Source of the DNA: Phoronis australis
Taxonomy: Eukaryota; Animalia; Phoronida
DNA: 64,000 nucleotides
Assembly: GCA_002633005.1 (NCBI GenBank)
Contig: NMRA01000068.1
Location: 98,453 to 162,452 of the forward strand
Direction of reading: 5' to 3'
This document shows, one piece after another, positions 23,807-38,800 of this stretch. The position numbers and the translations under genes are program-made. Each line of letters opens with the position of its first letter. Position 1 is the stretch's first letter. The notes beneath the pieces were generated by a model. That model worked only from the letters and a program-made list of their open reading frames with translations. It did not search any database and was not told the DNA's origin.

Positions 23807-26800
23807 ATGGTTAAGAAGGAGTGTGGAGTTCCATTTCTGCTGCTAATTAGCTTAGTAGCGTCCAATCAAGGTAGTTAATATTAAATTGCTCATCAGCTAA
23901 ACTATCTCGGTTAACTTGACAGTACCAGTTTGTGGTTAGACAGGACCCTACTCCCCACGACTCCAGTCTGTGCTGCCTTGGTGTGGCTGATTGATGACCT
24001 ACTCTGCTTGAACTTGGAATCCTCCATATAATCTTAAGATTGCATATTTGTGAACTTGGAATTGAATATTCATAAGGCAGTCAGGTGAATTTCTTTGCTC
24101 GTAAAGAATTTTTGTAATTATTGCTGGCCTCACGATCACCCATTTTCTCCTTTAGCGGAACTTATGTCACAAATCGGAAGAATATGTGGACGGTTAATCA
24201 ATTATTACTCGTTTTATTAACTTTTTTTTGCTTCAATGTAATGCAAATTTTCATCAACGTGATTCGTGAATATGATTATTTTAGTGAACTTGCCAAATTC
24301 CACGGTGCATTCCAAGTTGACTCATAAGCTGAAGCAATCTTGAGAATAAGCAGGATTCCAAGTTCAAGCACAACAGACCTTCCCATAACCTTCTGATCAC
24401 GAGCGCATTGCCTTTGGGTATAATGGCATTCAGTCTTCAATTTTGTTGACGCAATGCAGGACTCTGTGAAAATTTGTTTGCGATTGTGGGACTATGTGTT
24501 CAATTTCGAAGAATTTAAGACTGCAATTCCCTCCAGTAGTGTTCATCTACAGGCCTAATAATTTGACCATGATTATAGCCAGGCTTAAGCGTAATTAATA
24601 GAAAATCTTCTAGCAAGGTGGATGAGGGTGTGCCGTTGTCTATGACTTAGCCAACCAATTACTAGTAGTAGGCAGTGGTGACACATCCAAATAAACCTTA
24701 CATGACCGGAAGATTTTCTCCAATTTATGCTAAACCCTTAGTAAACTATTGAAGTGACATAACTACATGTACTTTTTGAGTGTAGCTGGACACCGCTAAA
24801 AGTAGTTGGAATCTTAAAATCCGTCCAGCTCAAATACTGCCGCAGTCACTATATTATTCCAAAAAGTCCTTTTGTTCTGTCAATGAAATTGTGGACTCAG
24901 CAGTTTTATTAAACATTTATGACTGCATCTGTGTGCATGTCTATATTTTGTTCATTGTTAATCACAACGTTGTCGACCTCCATGACCTCAAGAGTGAGTC
25001 AGACACAAAACACACGACTCTGGTGATCTGCCAGAATTCGCTAGTGCTTGAATCTTGGCTGCCAGATTCGTTACTTTTGTACCTGGACAAAATGGCATTT
25101 TTGTAAGATTTTGTTGAGGAATGAGTAGACATATTTGAAAGAAACCTTAATTACCATTGAATTATTTGTTTATACATAGACGCTGAGGTTGACCAGTAGT
25201 GAACTGTATCAAATAAACAGAAAAATCAGGAACCCCAACTGGGAATCGAACCACAGGTCTTTAGATTGCCGGTCTAGTGCTGCAATTATTGTTTGAAAAA
25301 TTTAAAAACGTTGACGATGGGTAAAGTTGTCTTTCGAAGCTTAAGAGGTACTTATAGCAACATAACTTTGATCGTGTAAGCACTGTCTGGTTATCATTTG
25401 CCAAAAAGCTTCTGACATGTGTATGGCCACCATGTCTGAGCCATCTTCACTGGTCCAGTTCAAGCAATAAAATTGTCTACCCCACTTGCTTTTAGTTGGT
25501 CCACCAACCCTGTTTTGTTGGTGATTACTCGGGCGTCTCCAAAAGGAATGCTAAATCTGGTAAATCCAAAGAAATCTGATTCTGAAGTTTGAAAATTGAA
25601 AATGAATAATGAAATACAATTTTACAAGAAGTTATGAACCACTTCATTTTTCACATTAATTAGTTGCTATTCGTGAATGTCCCAATTATGTTTCTCGGTG
25701 AGCTACAACTTCAGTTCCTGAGGCAGGAAAAGTACAAGTACAATCCAAATATATAAGGATAGGTCTCTATAACTTAATAAATAACAAAAACAGTGCAATT
25801 TTGTTTGGTTACACTGGTAAACTCCTGAGCATACTTGCAAAATACTTGCCTTTAGCAAAAAGAACTATGTCTTTAAATTCATGGTGAATGTAAAATTGTT
25901 ATCCAAAAAATTGCTCTACAATCCATGTCATAACCAGCATTGTAGATTTGTGCCTGACTTGAGAACTTTTTATGAAATGCAGTATTGTGTTTCGTGTGCA
26001 AAAATGTGCAATAGTCAGATATACGGTGACATAATTTGAAAACCATATGATTTTAATGCCCATTATTCAGTGGAGAAAATGGTTCTCAAAAGTCGGGCAC
26101 GTTATATCCGACCTTGACCCAAAAATGAGCAATAATAGCTGTAAACTGTCATTAATAAACATCTAACAATGTCCTGCCTTGTTTACTTCAAGTTGTTGCT
26201 TTGAAAATTGTGTTGCATACTGTTGCTGTGTTTGGGTGCTATATTTGTGAAGTGGTTGTGCTGAGCCCTGACGTCTAGGGCAATTGTCTGATATAACGTG
26301 TCTGCGGTTTGAGAACCGGTTCGATGCCCATTGTTTAGTGAAGAAAACTGGTTTTCAAAATGTGGGCACGTTATATCTGACCATTAGCGAAAGCTGGTAT
26401 TCACCTCCACCTTCTAAATCGCTTGGATTTAAATAGTCTGCCAGTTCTTGCAATAGATAACAACTTAATCGATGTGAAATAAAGCCTTGACGACATATTG
26501 GTCCTGAGTTGTCTGTATTTCTCTCTTATTCTATACTGTATAAATACTTGCAGAATCAACATCAAACCTCAGCTGTACGGATTGGAAGGGGAACTCAGTA
26601 CCAGACGGTCAGCCATTTTCTCCAAGTAAAGATGATCTGTGCAAGAATTGTATATGTGAAAATGGTTATGAGGTGCGCTGTTGGTCGGGGGGGTGCTCCC
26701 CGCCATCATGCCCAATGTACGAGGTAGTGGAGGGAGAATGTTGCCAGTTCAACTGTATCTCCCCACCACATGGCAGTCCAACAAAAAGTGTTCCAAATGA

Positions 26801-29800
26801 CTCATCGACAACCACTCCTCCTACGGGTCAGTACTTTGCTTCAATTCACTATGAGTGTAACTTAATATTTTCCAACCTTCAGTTTTTCTGTGGCACTTGA
26901 AAATTTTTTACGATAAAAATTATCCAATTTGAGTCAGTCTCTAAAGTGTGGGCACAGAATTTCAAGCATGGAGATGGTTGAACTTCCCTAGTCTTAGCAA
27001 ATTCTACCCCATTCTGCAGCTACTATGTACTGACACTTGCATATGAATTTTTTTTAAAATTAACTTGAAATAAAAAAAATCGACACAGTACATTTTAGGT
27101 GGTAGCTAAGACGATAAACTTGCGTAATCTTGTCTCTGCCCTAACATTTGACTTATGAGTTTACCGTATTCGTCGTAATAACCGCCCAGGGCGCTTAGAA
27201 AAGTTCGTTTCAAGGGGGTGGGCGCTTATTATAACCCAAGGCCGTTAAAACTCGGTCTCCGAAACGGGTGAATTTGGAAGCTAAGATTCATCATATGTAC
27301 GCTCTGTGACGTATCTGTAATCTATGAAAGACTTTCTACAAAACCGTGGTGCATTGCTGTCAAACTTTGCTGTTAAATTACGATCATTTTACAGAAAATT
27401 GTGCTGAAATCCCAGAACGAAAACTCGCCGACTGCCTGCCTCGCAATCGTCGATATGGCGACTTGAACGCTTGAATAAAAATACAGTTTCAACTCAAGCA
27501 AATTACCTGAAATCCTCCTTAAGGTTTTGACATTGCTTGCCTAAGATTTTCAAGTTCCCGTGGAGTCGGGATCACTGCAAGTTTTAAGTACAAATCTGTG
27601 CTACATCGTGCCGTCTACATGTATGATCGGCAACATGAGAAAAATGTCTGGACGAACACACATGTTGTTGCGTGACGTTTGTTTTGAAGTTGTCTGCGTT
27701 TGTGAGTAAGCGAGCGCGTGCGTGTCACCAGAGTTCATTTGCCAGAGCCGAGACCGTGTTTTGGCCAGAGCCACGCAATCTAACGAGCTAGATGTGCATT
27801 TTATTGCACAAGCAGTAGGCCTAAACCAGAGTGTGTTTCATTCAGCACTTGCCGGTCTCTTGCTAAAAACGTTCGACATTTGTCTTGGTAAAGTAAGGCC
27901 ATATTAATCGCCTTGTGGCTGGTTCCGTATGTGACTTTCTGACAGAGTTATTTTTCGGTGTAAGGGTGTGTAAGCATTCACTGTCAGTGGTCATTTTATT
28001 GGATATTTGGCTTAAAAACACCAATTATGGTTAATCAAACAATTCATATTAAAAATAACGCAAACATTTTTTATAGTATTAGAAACTGTCGGAAATTAGT
28101 GCCAATATTCATTTCTTGCCGATGCTATGCTACCTGTTTCATGAATGGATAGTTCCCGACTAATGTCTTTGATGACAGGTTCATGTATGTAGCGTGCGCT
28201 TCCTAGCCACGTGCTTTTAACACTGGCCAAGCTTATTATTAGTCTTCGATTCGTGGTTTTCACCTGTACAAAGAAATTTGGATTCCTGTTAAAAGCGGGA
28301 AATATCTACAAAGCAATCCCATTGACAAGTACACTACTTCTGTTTTGAAAGGCCAGACCATTGGTCCTCGCAATATCAGCAGAAGTTTTGTGTTCGTTTT
28401 GAGGCATGGCGGAAGTTCGAAGTATATAGTCACGGCTGAATACCGACATAGCGGTGAGGCTCGTGGTCTACAAATTCTGCGCAAAATGATTTTTTTCAGG
28501 ACTGTCGGATATTATTGATAAATTGAAGACGTGTATTGCAGAATTTTAGAACTGTAGGTAAGGCATTTTTCGCACGTACACATTCATGGACTGGGCGCAT
28601 ATTTTAGCAAAGTCTGAAAACGCGTGGGGGGGGGCGCTTATAGGGGCATGGGCGGTTATTAGGCGAATACGTTATGTATAGTATGCAGCAACACCAGTTG
28701 AGTATTGGACAGATTCGACTAATAGTCTGTAGGTTGCTTTAGTTTTTTACAAAATATTGAGATATATATATGTGTGTTATGTGGTTTGGGCGGCACCAGT
28801 CAGTTTTTGCACAGAGTTGGCTGCAGTAGCTCTCCTTGTTGACCATTTTAGTTTTTAACAAGACACTGCCTGTCCCTTTCATGTAATAACAGATGGCTTG
28901 ATTTTGTTGAATCTTGACACTAGGTTTTATGGCTCTGATGCTTTGCCAACCCCTATTGGCCATTCCAGTTGTTACAAGATATAGCTTTTCTGTTGATCAT
29001 TGTCAAAATGGCTTGACAGATTTTTAGTGGACCTTGACAGGTTTTATAATTGCTTGGATTCATTAGCAGTCTAGCGCCATTTGATTTTCAGCTTTTTATG
29101 CAGTAATCATAGTGGCCAAATTAGGGTTCTCCATTTCTCACAATTAAAAGGGCAGAACCATGCTGGACAGTGTATGGTGCCCGTGTGCTGACCAACTCCT
29201 CTCAAAAGAAATGTATTGTGTTGAGAGCAGACTGTCTCAAGATTTGTTTGTGAAATGTAGAGCTTGTTTCCTGCATTTTAGAATATCCTACTGTTGAAAT
29301 TTAAGTAATTGCTAGAATGAATGAAATATGTGCTGAAAAAATAGGATTCAGCTTAGCTATCATTGCTACATTCATTGTTTGTATTGATTTAAACACTGCA
29401 CTACCTATCCTCAAGGGACTGCAAAATGTTCTCTGGCATTGCTTGGGGATGTCATTACTATATATCTGATTGAGAAGGCATTTTTGATCTTGATTGTATA
29501 GACAATCCTGCTATCGAAGCCTTCAGAGGAAGCTGACATGATCTCTGGTTGTGACCCATGAAATTTCTTTCCTTAAAACTAATTTTCTGGTCTTATCTTT
29601 GCTTTATAGTTCTCTTGTATTCATGAAATTTGGAATAAGATCATATCACATCTCTTCTATTCAGTATGGCCCTAGTATTGAAATATGGGTGTATAATTAG
29701 CTAAAGTTGATAAAATCTCTCCTTCCATTCCATCACAAAACAACCTTTGATTTAGACCACTTTCTGTACATGGTTCACAAAGTGTTCCTTGGTCAAACTG

Positions 29801-32800
29801 GAGAGGACTTGGGACTTTGAAAGACCTGACAGTTTGTTATTAATGGAGATCAGGCTCTACAAGTCACCACAGTTCATTTTAAGCATTAATCACGGTCTCA
29901 ATGAATAACACTCCGTCATTTCTCTGTAAACCCGGAGTACACTTCTCATGTGAGTAAGGAATAAGTTGGGATCAATTTTATTGCGATAAGTGGTCTAAAT
30001 GAATTTTCTTCTAGGATGTAATAGAGTAGTTGACAAAGTTTAGCTTTATACGATGTTGGTCGACAACACTGTAGCGTTTTTTAAGGTAAACATTTATTTA
30101 TTGAACCAACAAGCACATAATCTAATCAAGTACATCAAACAAGTTAAAACACTATCGAAGCTTATAAAAACTAATTATTATGCAAAAATACAAGACCACT
30201 TTGCCTGAAATTTCTCAGGCGCCAAACTATAATAATAAATAATTTTTCCAGGTTGTGGTAATCACAAACCTTCTGTATACGTGCCGGAAATTCGGGCTTA
30301 GCGTTTGGCAGTGTTTGGCTGTAGAAAGGAAATTTCGCTAAACACATTTTGTTTATAATCACAGGCTTTACTAGTACCTGCATCGTACGTCTCAAGTTTT
30401 ACTTTCCTTCTGATAGCTCCCAATGTTGTAAATAAATCACAAATTAAATGTTTGAAGACCAGGAATGTTCTCGCTTGGTTTTGTGAATGTCAGTGTGGTC
30501 AATTGTGGACAAAACTGACTCGTTTTTGGTTTTAAATTATGACTGAAGACACAAAACCGACTTCGTGTCTGTTGATTTTCGTCTTCGGTCTAAAGTCACT
30601 TTTCATGAAACGGGACCCCTGTGCAAGAATGCATGAAACGCTCCCAAATAGGTACCCAACCAAGTTCTTTTAAATCTACTGCGTGTTTGTGGACTTGCGA
30701 AAACACTGGTTGTCCTTTCTTGTGGTGTTTCAACTTTTGATAGAGAGTGAATTTTAGGTTGAATATTCAATATTAATAAAAATAAGGAAAGATATTTTCA
30801 TGCAAGTCCCCTATTTATTTCCATCGAGCTTAGGGCTGGTAGTATTTAGTTATTAATAGAAAATGTCATTAATCAAAGAGGAGCTCATAATAAAGATAAA
30901 ATGACAGGAAAAGATTAGATATATATGTGAGTAAAGAAACAGACAAGTACACAAAAGATTTGACAAACTTAGTTAAGTCCCTATTTAGGACTGTTTCATG
31001 CAACTAGACACTGTGGTGGTAAGGTGCATTTACAGGTTTTGGAATTTTCCTCAGTCTTTCCTCTTTTTTGGTTTCCATTTTCTCGTATTTGATTTCCAGT
31101 TTCTTCTTTTTTGTCACTTTTTTATATCTGTAGTCTTGCAGAAACGTTCATTTCAGTAAACTTTTATAACACGAAAGTATTTCTATCACATAAGTCTATT
31201 TGTGGAGCAATACATCACCTGGAAAATTTTCCCCTTTCTTGTCATTGGTCATTCCAAGCCCTGTATTTAGTGGCTTACATCATTCCTAAATAAAACAAGT
31301 ACACCTGAGCGTGTGATGTACTGTTGTAGCATTTATAATTGCAGTATTGTGGTATAGAAGTTCATGAAAGATAGAAACAACAGTTTTGAGGTAGTGTGGA
31401 CAAACATATTGAGCAGGAAAGGAGACTAGAGTTCCCCTTCTCGACACTACAATTTACCTTTAGATTAATTACCAAGTTGACCTAGAGCTTCTTTTCAGTA
31501 CTCATTCCAGTGTCCTCACTACACACCTGACATCTTACGACATGGTGGAAATTATAGCCCTGCACATGCGAAGCTTTGCAAAGCGATTATTTATGTTTTT
31601 CCTGTAAAGTTTTTAGATATTTTTGCCATCTTGCAGTTATGGAAATGTCAGGAGAAAATGGTTGAAAATAAGGAGATGAGCAAACTTTTACTGCCTTTTA
31701 GTTTACAAAAAGTTCTAATAAACATCATTTTCTTGCATTATTCTCCGGCTACTGTAAGAAATAAAAGACTGTCGTCGACGGGAAAACATGCACACGTGCC
31801 ATTTGCTCGAAAATTTGTTCAAAAATTTGGTTTGCTGGTATTAAAACATCAAAGGCTGATAACAAAATTTTCTGGTAATTTGTTATGAACTGTACATAAC
31901 CTTGTGGAAGAACAGGTGATTGAAAAATTGGTGAAAAAAGAAATTGGCCAATAGGTGACACTCTGTTTCATGGCACTCCACAAATTTAGCAGTCACTGTT
32001 TCTCCCATCTAACCTATTAGCCTTACTTTTACTCCAGGAATTTTTGTGACAATTAAGGCTACACTGTTCTTAGTTCACCACAGTTGACGTATAGATCTAT
32101 CATGTTCAGACTCAAATCCCTCGGCATGAAATTGTTTGTACTCTGCTCTAAGCTAAAAGCCGACTCCTTGACTTTCTCTGCTGATATCAAACCCCTTGGA
32201 GAGCTCTTGCTTCCCAGTTTTCTTGTACAGGGATAGTAGGAGTTCACCATCTGTGTTGACGGTATCATCATGATAAATATCACAGGCTGCAGATGTCTCT
32301 GAAGTTTTTGTAATGAATTGTATAATCGCTTTTGATAGCGGGTGAGCTTAGTTTAGTAAGGTTTTGTGGGATCCTTGAAAAGTGGCCAAATTTGTGTAAC
32401 TTTGGAACATCATATCTTACAAGTGGTTGATCAGACTCATAACTTTCAGATAGCATGCTCGAACCACTGTTCTCCAAAACCGTGGTAGCAGTTGTTTAAA
32501 ATCAATGTTTCAGTTTTCACAAGGGGCTTTCAAAATTAAATAAAACTCGAAATTTGCATAAAACAAACATGAAAACTGTATCTGTATTCAGCGTTTTTGA
32601 TATTTTGTTTATTTCATATGAAGTTTGATCATGTTTATCTTCATTTAGCTACATGATCAAGTGGTTGAAGGTAGCTATAAAATGAGAAATCAAACTTTAC
32701 ACGCATTCTTTGATTTTTTACATATATGGCTGAATGCACAGGCTTGTTGATAATGTTCTAATTAAAATAACTTTAGGTCACAAAACACAGCTGGCTTCTT

Positions 32801-35800
32801 GGGAATTTTTCAGTATCAAGACACCAACCTCCAAAATAGACAGCTTTTCAGTGTTAAATTGGTCTTTACCTATGGTATAATCTCAGAATATAAATCGGTA
32901 AATAAAACAACAAGAATGGATCAACTGAAATTTCAGTTGATCCATTCTTGTTGTTTTATTTACCGATTTATATTCTACATTTCACGAAACAATAGTATCC
33001 TTGGGAGGATCTGGATCGCCTTATTTAGTTTCAGATATATTTTCTACGTTATGTATAATCTCACTAATTTCAGTCCAAAATAAGTGCTTAAGTTGATTTT
33101 TACACACTTCCAAGTCTTCTAAGAGTGTTGCAAACCAGAATTTCTCACATTAGCTATGGTATAAAGCTTAAAACTGATAAGCCATTTATTTGGTATTATT
33201 TATTTCACTTATTGCTAAATTGGTGGGAAATTTTATGAGTTTGTCTTGCTCAAAAGCAGACCAAAATATTGGTTTAAGTGTGTGTGTTTGTAAAATGTCT
33301 GTTGTGTGGGTCCTGAAGTTACTGGATGTTTGGGAAGCGATTGATATGTCGACTGAATGGTGCGTGATCATAACCTGTTTGCCTTATTTATGATGAATTA
33401 ATTAACCAAAATTTTAGGGATGCTCATTCTGTGTTAGACAAGTCAACTCCTTCAATTTCAAATATCTTCGTCAATAATGAAACGTTAAGAATAATGAAGT
33501 TAATTTTTTAGTAGTTTAAGACTGAAAACGTTTGATGTCTTGTTCTAAGGCAAAAAATGATTTAATTATACATCAACTGTTTGATCAGTTCTGTTTAGTG
33601 AGTAAGAACCGTCTGCATTTACTTAGATCAATGTTGGTGCATCCAATAACTTGATAGACATTGATCATTGTCTTGCAGCTGCGGTCAACACTTCAAACTT
33701 GGGTCTGAGACTTGTGGCTGGCTTCCTGACCATTCTGCTCACTCTGGCTCTTGTCATGTTCCTTGTACATCGACTCAGGCGGCGTAGACTGCTGACTATC
33801 AGAAGGCGTAAGTATTCTCACTCACCTAGTAGCACACTTAACCTGACACCGGAATAGAGCAAGTCTTATTTCAATATCTATTCAGTAGCTGATTTTCTAA
33901 GTAACCACAACGTATTGAAATTCACTTTCCCACCAGACGGCGATCACGTCTTAGGTGGGTCGACGTTTAGCGGCACCTACAGATCCCATGTAATGCGGAC
34001 AGGAGGGTTCAACTTGCTGGTATAGACAGCGTTTTAACACCTTTCCAGTTTTCACAATGCCGGCAAATTTCCACTGCCAATAGCTTGAAATATCCACGAA
34101 TGAAGCTCATCGTGTTCCATACGTTTCCAACTGCGAAGTCATTCGGCTGCAACTGATAAAGCGGGAGAACTTTGATGCTTGCCGATGTCAAAAAGCTAAA
34201 ATAGATTAAAGAACTTAACCTAATCAAACTGTGAGAGGCGTTGACAATGGGATTCATTCCCCTGTTTTTAAATTAACAAACCACTATGTAGTAATTGAAT
34301 TTCTGTCCACAGAATTTTGAGTCTCGATGTACTGGAGCTCACTTTTATGCTCTCATTACCCTAGAGAGCACCAATATGAAAATTCTGTTATGGTCTTTAC
34401 CATTTTGTCTTTGATGTTCATGTTGCATGTTTGGCTTTGTGTGCGAACTTCCCTAATAGCAGGCAAAAGCTCACCTGAAGCTTACATGACATAAAAAGGT
34501 GCCAGTCAGCATTTAAGCTAAACCTACTCTGCTGTGAAAATTTTTGTCGCAGCTGCCCAGTAACCATTGGAGCGCATAAGCTCGGCCAGCGCATCTTCCA
34601 GATATTACAGTTAGATTATGACCAAAATGAAATTTTGTCAGTTATAACATTGTAACGCTTCTGCAAAAATGCTCGCTTCATTTCTTTCTTTGGATATTTC
34701 ACTCTGAAAATAACAAGGTTTCTGATTGGCAGTCATTAAAAATGGTGTATGCCTTGGTCAGTGCTTAAGAAAGCCTATCAAGTTTTATGCAATTCGTTTT
34801 TTGGTAAAAAAGTCCATATGTAACTTTGAATATAATTGGACGAGCACCCCTGTTTTCTTTGATCAAGTCTTTGTAAAACAACAAGTGGATAGGGAAAGCT
34901 GGTCACTCAGCATGTGGTCACCGACGTTCTGAGTAGATTTCCACTGTAGTAGTGTAATTTGACATAGCTATTCTCTTTGCAAAGAGTCTTAGACAACGCC
35001 TTGGTAGTAGTTGAAGTTTTTGTTTGTTTCAATTTGAAACAGCCATTGAGTGTAAAAACAATCGGCTGTTAGTTGGGGAATGCCTGTAAAAATGTAACGT
35101 AGTGTGCTGCACTGGGTCCCGTCATCACCCCTCTCCACATGGTAGGAGGGTGTATTAGTACTGACGTCATGAAAGGCAATTGTGTAACAGGACTGGTTTT
35201 TCACTTCTGTTTAATTTTATGTTTTTGCGCGTAAAAATACTATGCCTTCCATCAACTATTTGTTTTTAACAAGTTCCAAAACATGTGAAGTTGGATCTCT
35301 GTCATGTGATGGTTCATTAGTTGGTTCTTTTTACTTTATACATTGCCACAAGTCTTCTTTAATTTTTACAATTTGAAAGCAAGTTAGATGGGTCATCCAA
35401 TATTATTTAGCTTAGAATGTCTTTTGGAAGTTCTGCTAATTATTGCATCAGTTTGTAACATTCTATTTTTGCACCCTCCCAGTTCAAACTATTTCTATAA
35501 GTCGAGAGCACGGTCTATGTATCAGCATATATTTCATTTTAAAGATTCACTTCATAAGTACTTTGCTGGAAACAGCTGTGTTCTCTTGATGCGTTTTATT
35601 CATCGAAGAATAGGATAGCTACTCTCGACCTTCTTGAGCTGTGTTGACAGTCTCGTTCACCGTGTTCTGTTGAGCCTAGTGTGTTCACCCTGACACAAGT
35701 TGTAAACGTGCTTGCTGCGTTGTATCAAAACTGGATGTTCCATTTGTAAATCTTTAGGATTTATGAAGAAATGTGCCCCTTTGGAAAAAATAGGGTGCAC

Positions 35801-38800
35801 GAGAAAAAAAAATCAGCATGTGAGAAAGCATTATGTCTGTAGCACAGAATAGTCCTCATGAAAATGGCTATGTAATTTGTGTAGGGGGAAGACTTTCTTC
35901 CTTGACTAAGTTCACAACCCATAGATTAAAGGGGAAAGCAACCATTTTTAGTAAAAATGCTTATCCTTGGTTCTCTTGGAGAGACATTTTTGCACATTAG
36001 TTGCTGGTTTCCCTTTTGTGTATATAGTGTTCATGCATCTGTAGAATATGATGGAAATGACCCAGCAAAATGCCATCATTCAAGTCCCTTTTGCAAACAT
36101 GATGCGCGACACCTTATTGAACGTCTTCTGTATCTGTTATTGCTTAATAGAAGTGAAGGCATACAAGCATGCCACTTCGGTCACTTTCCATTGTTGATTG
36201 GATAGTAAACACAAGCCAGGAAAATGAAATTGGAATAATGTCTCTTCAAGATAACTTGGAATGTGAATTTTTAGTAAGGGCAACAATAACTTTAAAAAGG
36301 GTTGCTTTCCCTTTTAAAGGAGAATGCCACCAAAAAACAACCTATTTTGTATCAATTTAGATTGAGTAGTTCTACTCGATAACGGCATGTCCGGTTGCAT
36401 TACCTGACATCTGACGGTAGATGTAGGAGTTGAAATTATCCAATGACGTCATTGGTTTCACACGCAGTCTGTTCAGCAGTTCACATCAAGGGTTACTGGT
36501 ATCAGCTTATCGCTTGAATTCATCATTTAACACCAATAAATCATCAAACTTCTTTGTAAAACCTTTAAAAATACACCGAGTTTTTATAAAAACAAGTTGT
36601 TTTATTTCGCTGTTACGGATTTATTGGTATTTGGACACACCGTAGCCCTCAAAGTTCGGCAGGCCAATTTAGCAAGGTCCGTAGCAGGAGTTTGGCGTCT
36701 GTTCGGAGATAAATTCAAAGTATTCTTCCGTGAAATACAGACAGGAGAACCTAGATCTATGTTGTTTAGACTTGTGATTTTTTTAGTTCTAAACACACAA
36801 AACGCTCGTTATCTAAGCCAGTGGCTCAGAACCCGATCAGGCCCACTGCAGCCGTCGGGACTGGCACGAACATAAACCAGCTTGAGTTGGAAACTAAAAA
36901 TCCAATCACGGAAAGACTATAATAGTGAGTCAAAGAAATAATGTCGACGTAATTATTTATGTGAATTAGCCACGAAACTGAAAATCTACTTGTCGGGAGC
37001 CGCGAAGTCGGGTTCCCCTTCCACAGATCGTCAGGGCAAAGGTTGTACAGTAACAATGATTTGAATTATGTATTTGTATTTCTAAATAAAGATTCTCTTA
37101 ACATGTGACCATAGCATATAAAATCGAGTAATTGTTTCACAACAGCTTTCTGTCAGCAAACACTGAATGAGCATGTGCTCACACTGCCTCGGTGCCCGGT
37201 CAATTACCTTATTGCCGGCATCAAAAGCTGGTAGCAGTTGTTTATTCATTTTTGGCTTCTCAACATTTGCACTCACGAGTACTACAAAGGGATTACAAAT
37301 TGTATCTAATGAGACGGACATTATTTCAGTTTTATATAAGCATTGGTTAGGATGAGAATAATTCACTTTGAAACAGAACACAGAATAATAAATGTCTACA
37401 TGGCAACTCGCCCGGCGCCAATCCCGACTTAGTCAAGAGCTCATCCGACGAAGACTTCAGGGGTCGGATCATTAGGTTTCACAGGCTATCAGTTCAAACC
37501 GGAATACACCATACACTGATCAAGAAATACTAGAGAGGCGCCATGAACATGCACAGGCAACGGAACATGTGGATAGTTCTTTGATAAGCCGGAATTCGTC
37601 AGAGATCACTGTCAATGAAATGCCGGCCACAGACACGGACATGTTTCACGGCCTCATACTTGCTATTAACAGCGTACCTTTCATTCTTCACTACCACGAG
37701 TCACTTTCTAAGCATTTCGGGCTCTCGAGAAAGTCGAAAAAACCACATACCCGCTTTCTTCGCAGCTTCTTAGCTCGGACAAGCGGAAACGATGCACCGC
37801 AATATAGTGGCATTCACTCTGCAGACAAACCACTGACGTCGCTGCGTCGTTTCTCACCTTCCTGACAGGCTAACGCTACACCTCTCGGCAAGGTGAGGTC
37901 GACCGTATAAGAGGCGATGTGGATATAGACCGATTAAGACAGTAAAAAAAGACTAATTAAATCGGGTGGCATTCTCCTTTAAGAAACTTAAATTCTTTTT
38001 GTTGGTGAAGTGTAGCATTAAATATTATCTCAGCATAAATAACTTTTGGCAAGATGATTTTTTTAAAAATTCATGAAAATAATTTGATATTGTAGTCCAC
38101 CGGGGCATGTCTTTGTTTATCTTAGTTATTGATTCTGGACTTGACAACTGTGAGATGTGTCATAAGACTTAGTCATTGTTATTGATTGTGGACTTCAACA
38201 CCTTTGAGACGTGTCATGTTTATTGCCAGGTGGGGAGGCTGAGCAACTGGAAGAAGAGGACGCGGGTCACTACTTACCTGAGTTTGACCAACTGGACACT
38301 GGTATTGACTACCCACCGTATGAAGAACCACCACCGCCATACACTGTAACTAAGACACCATTTGAGGCGCCTCCCCCGTATGAAACTCTTCCCAGGAGAG
38401 TTAACGATGGTGATTCTTCACCTAGTGCTAATATAAGTCTTCCACGCAGCAGGGCTGTCATGGACTCTACTGGTGGTGGTGGTGGTGGTGGTGTCACAGC
38501 TCACACGACGGTCAACTCTGTGTCTACAGACAGTCAGAATAGTTATCAAGCACCACCTAGTGGTCAAAGACTTGATGGTAATAAACCTTTAGAACAGTAC
38601 ACCACAGCTTGTGGCGCTGCTAGCAGGCCATCTTGTAGCTATATGCATAATGCGACATTACCCGTGCCACGTAGTAGTCCAAATACTGTTAAGGGTAAAA
38701 AAGACAAGAGGCGACGCAACAGTAGCCCAGTGCAGCTGTTGGTGGAGCATGAACAGATGGTGAACACAAGTGCTAACAGTAGTCCAGCGCCTAGGAACAG

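Noticed and set aside
25230-25283. Functional tRNA gene
   Set aside because: B-box present but no D-arm/A-box or paired acceptor stem.
32059-32477. Two adjacent minus-strand ORFs
   Set aside because: No recognisable domain or splice context; at most a decayed repeat.
37484-37520. Candidate extra DGCR2-like exon after tttcacag
   Set aside because: In-phase reading stops after about 10 codons and it lies within the Kolobok element.
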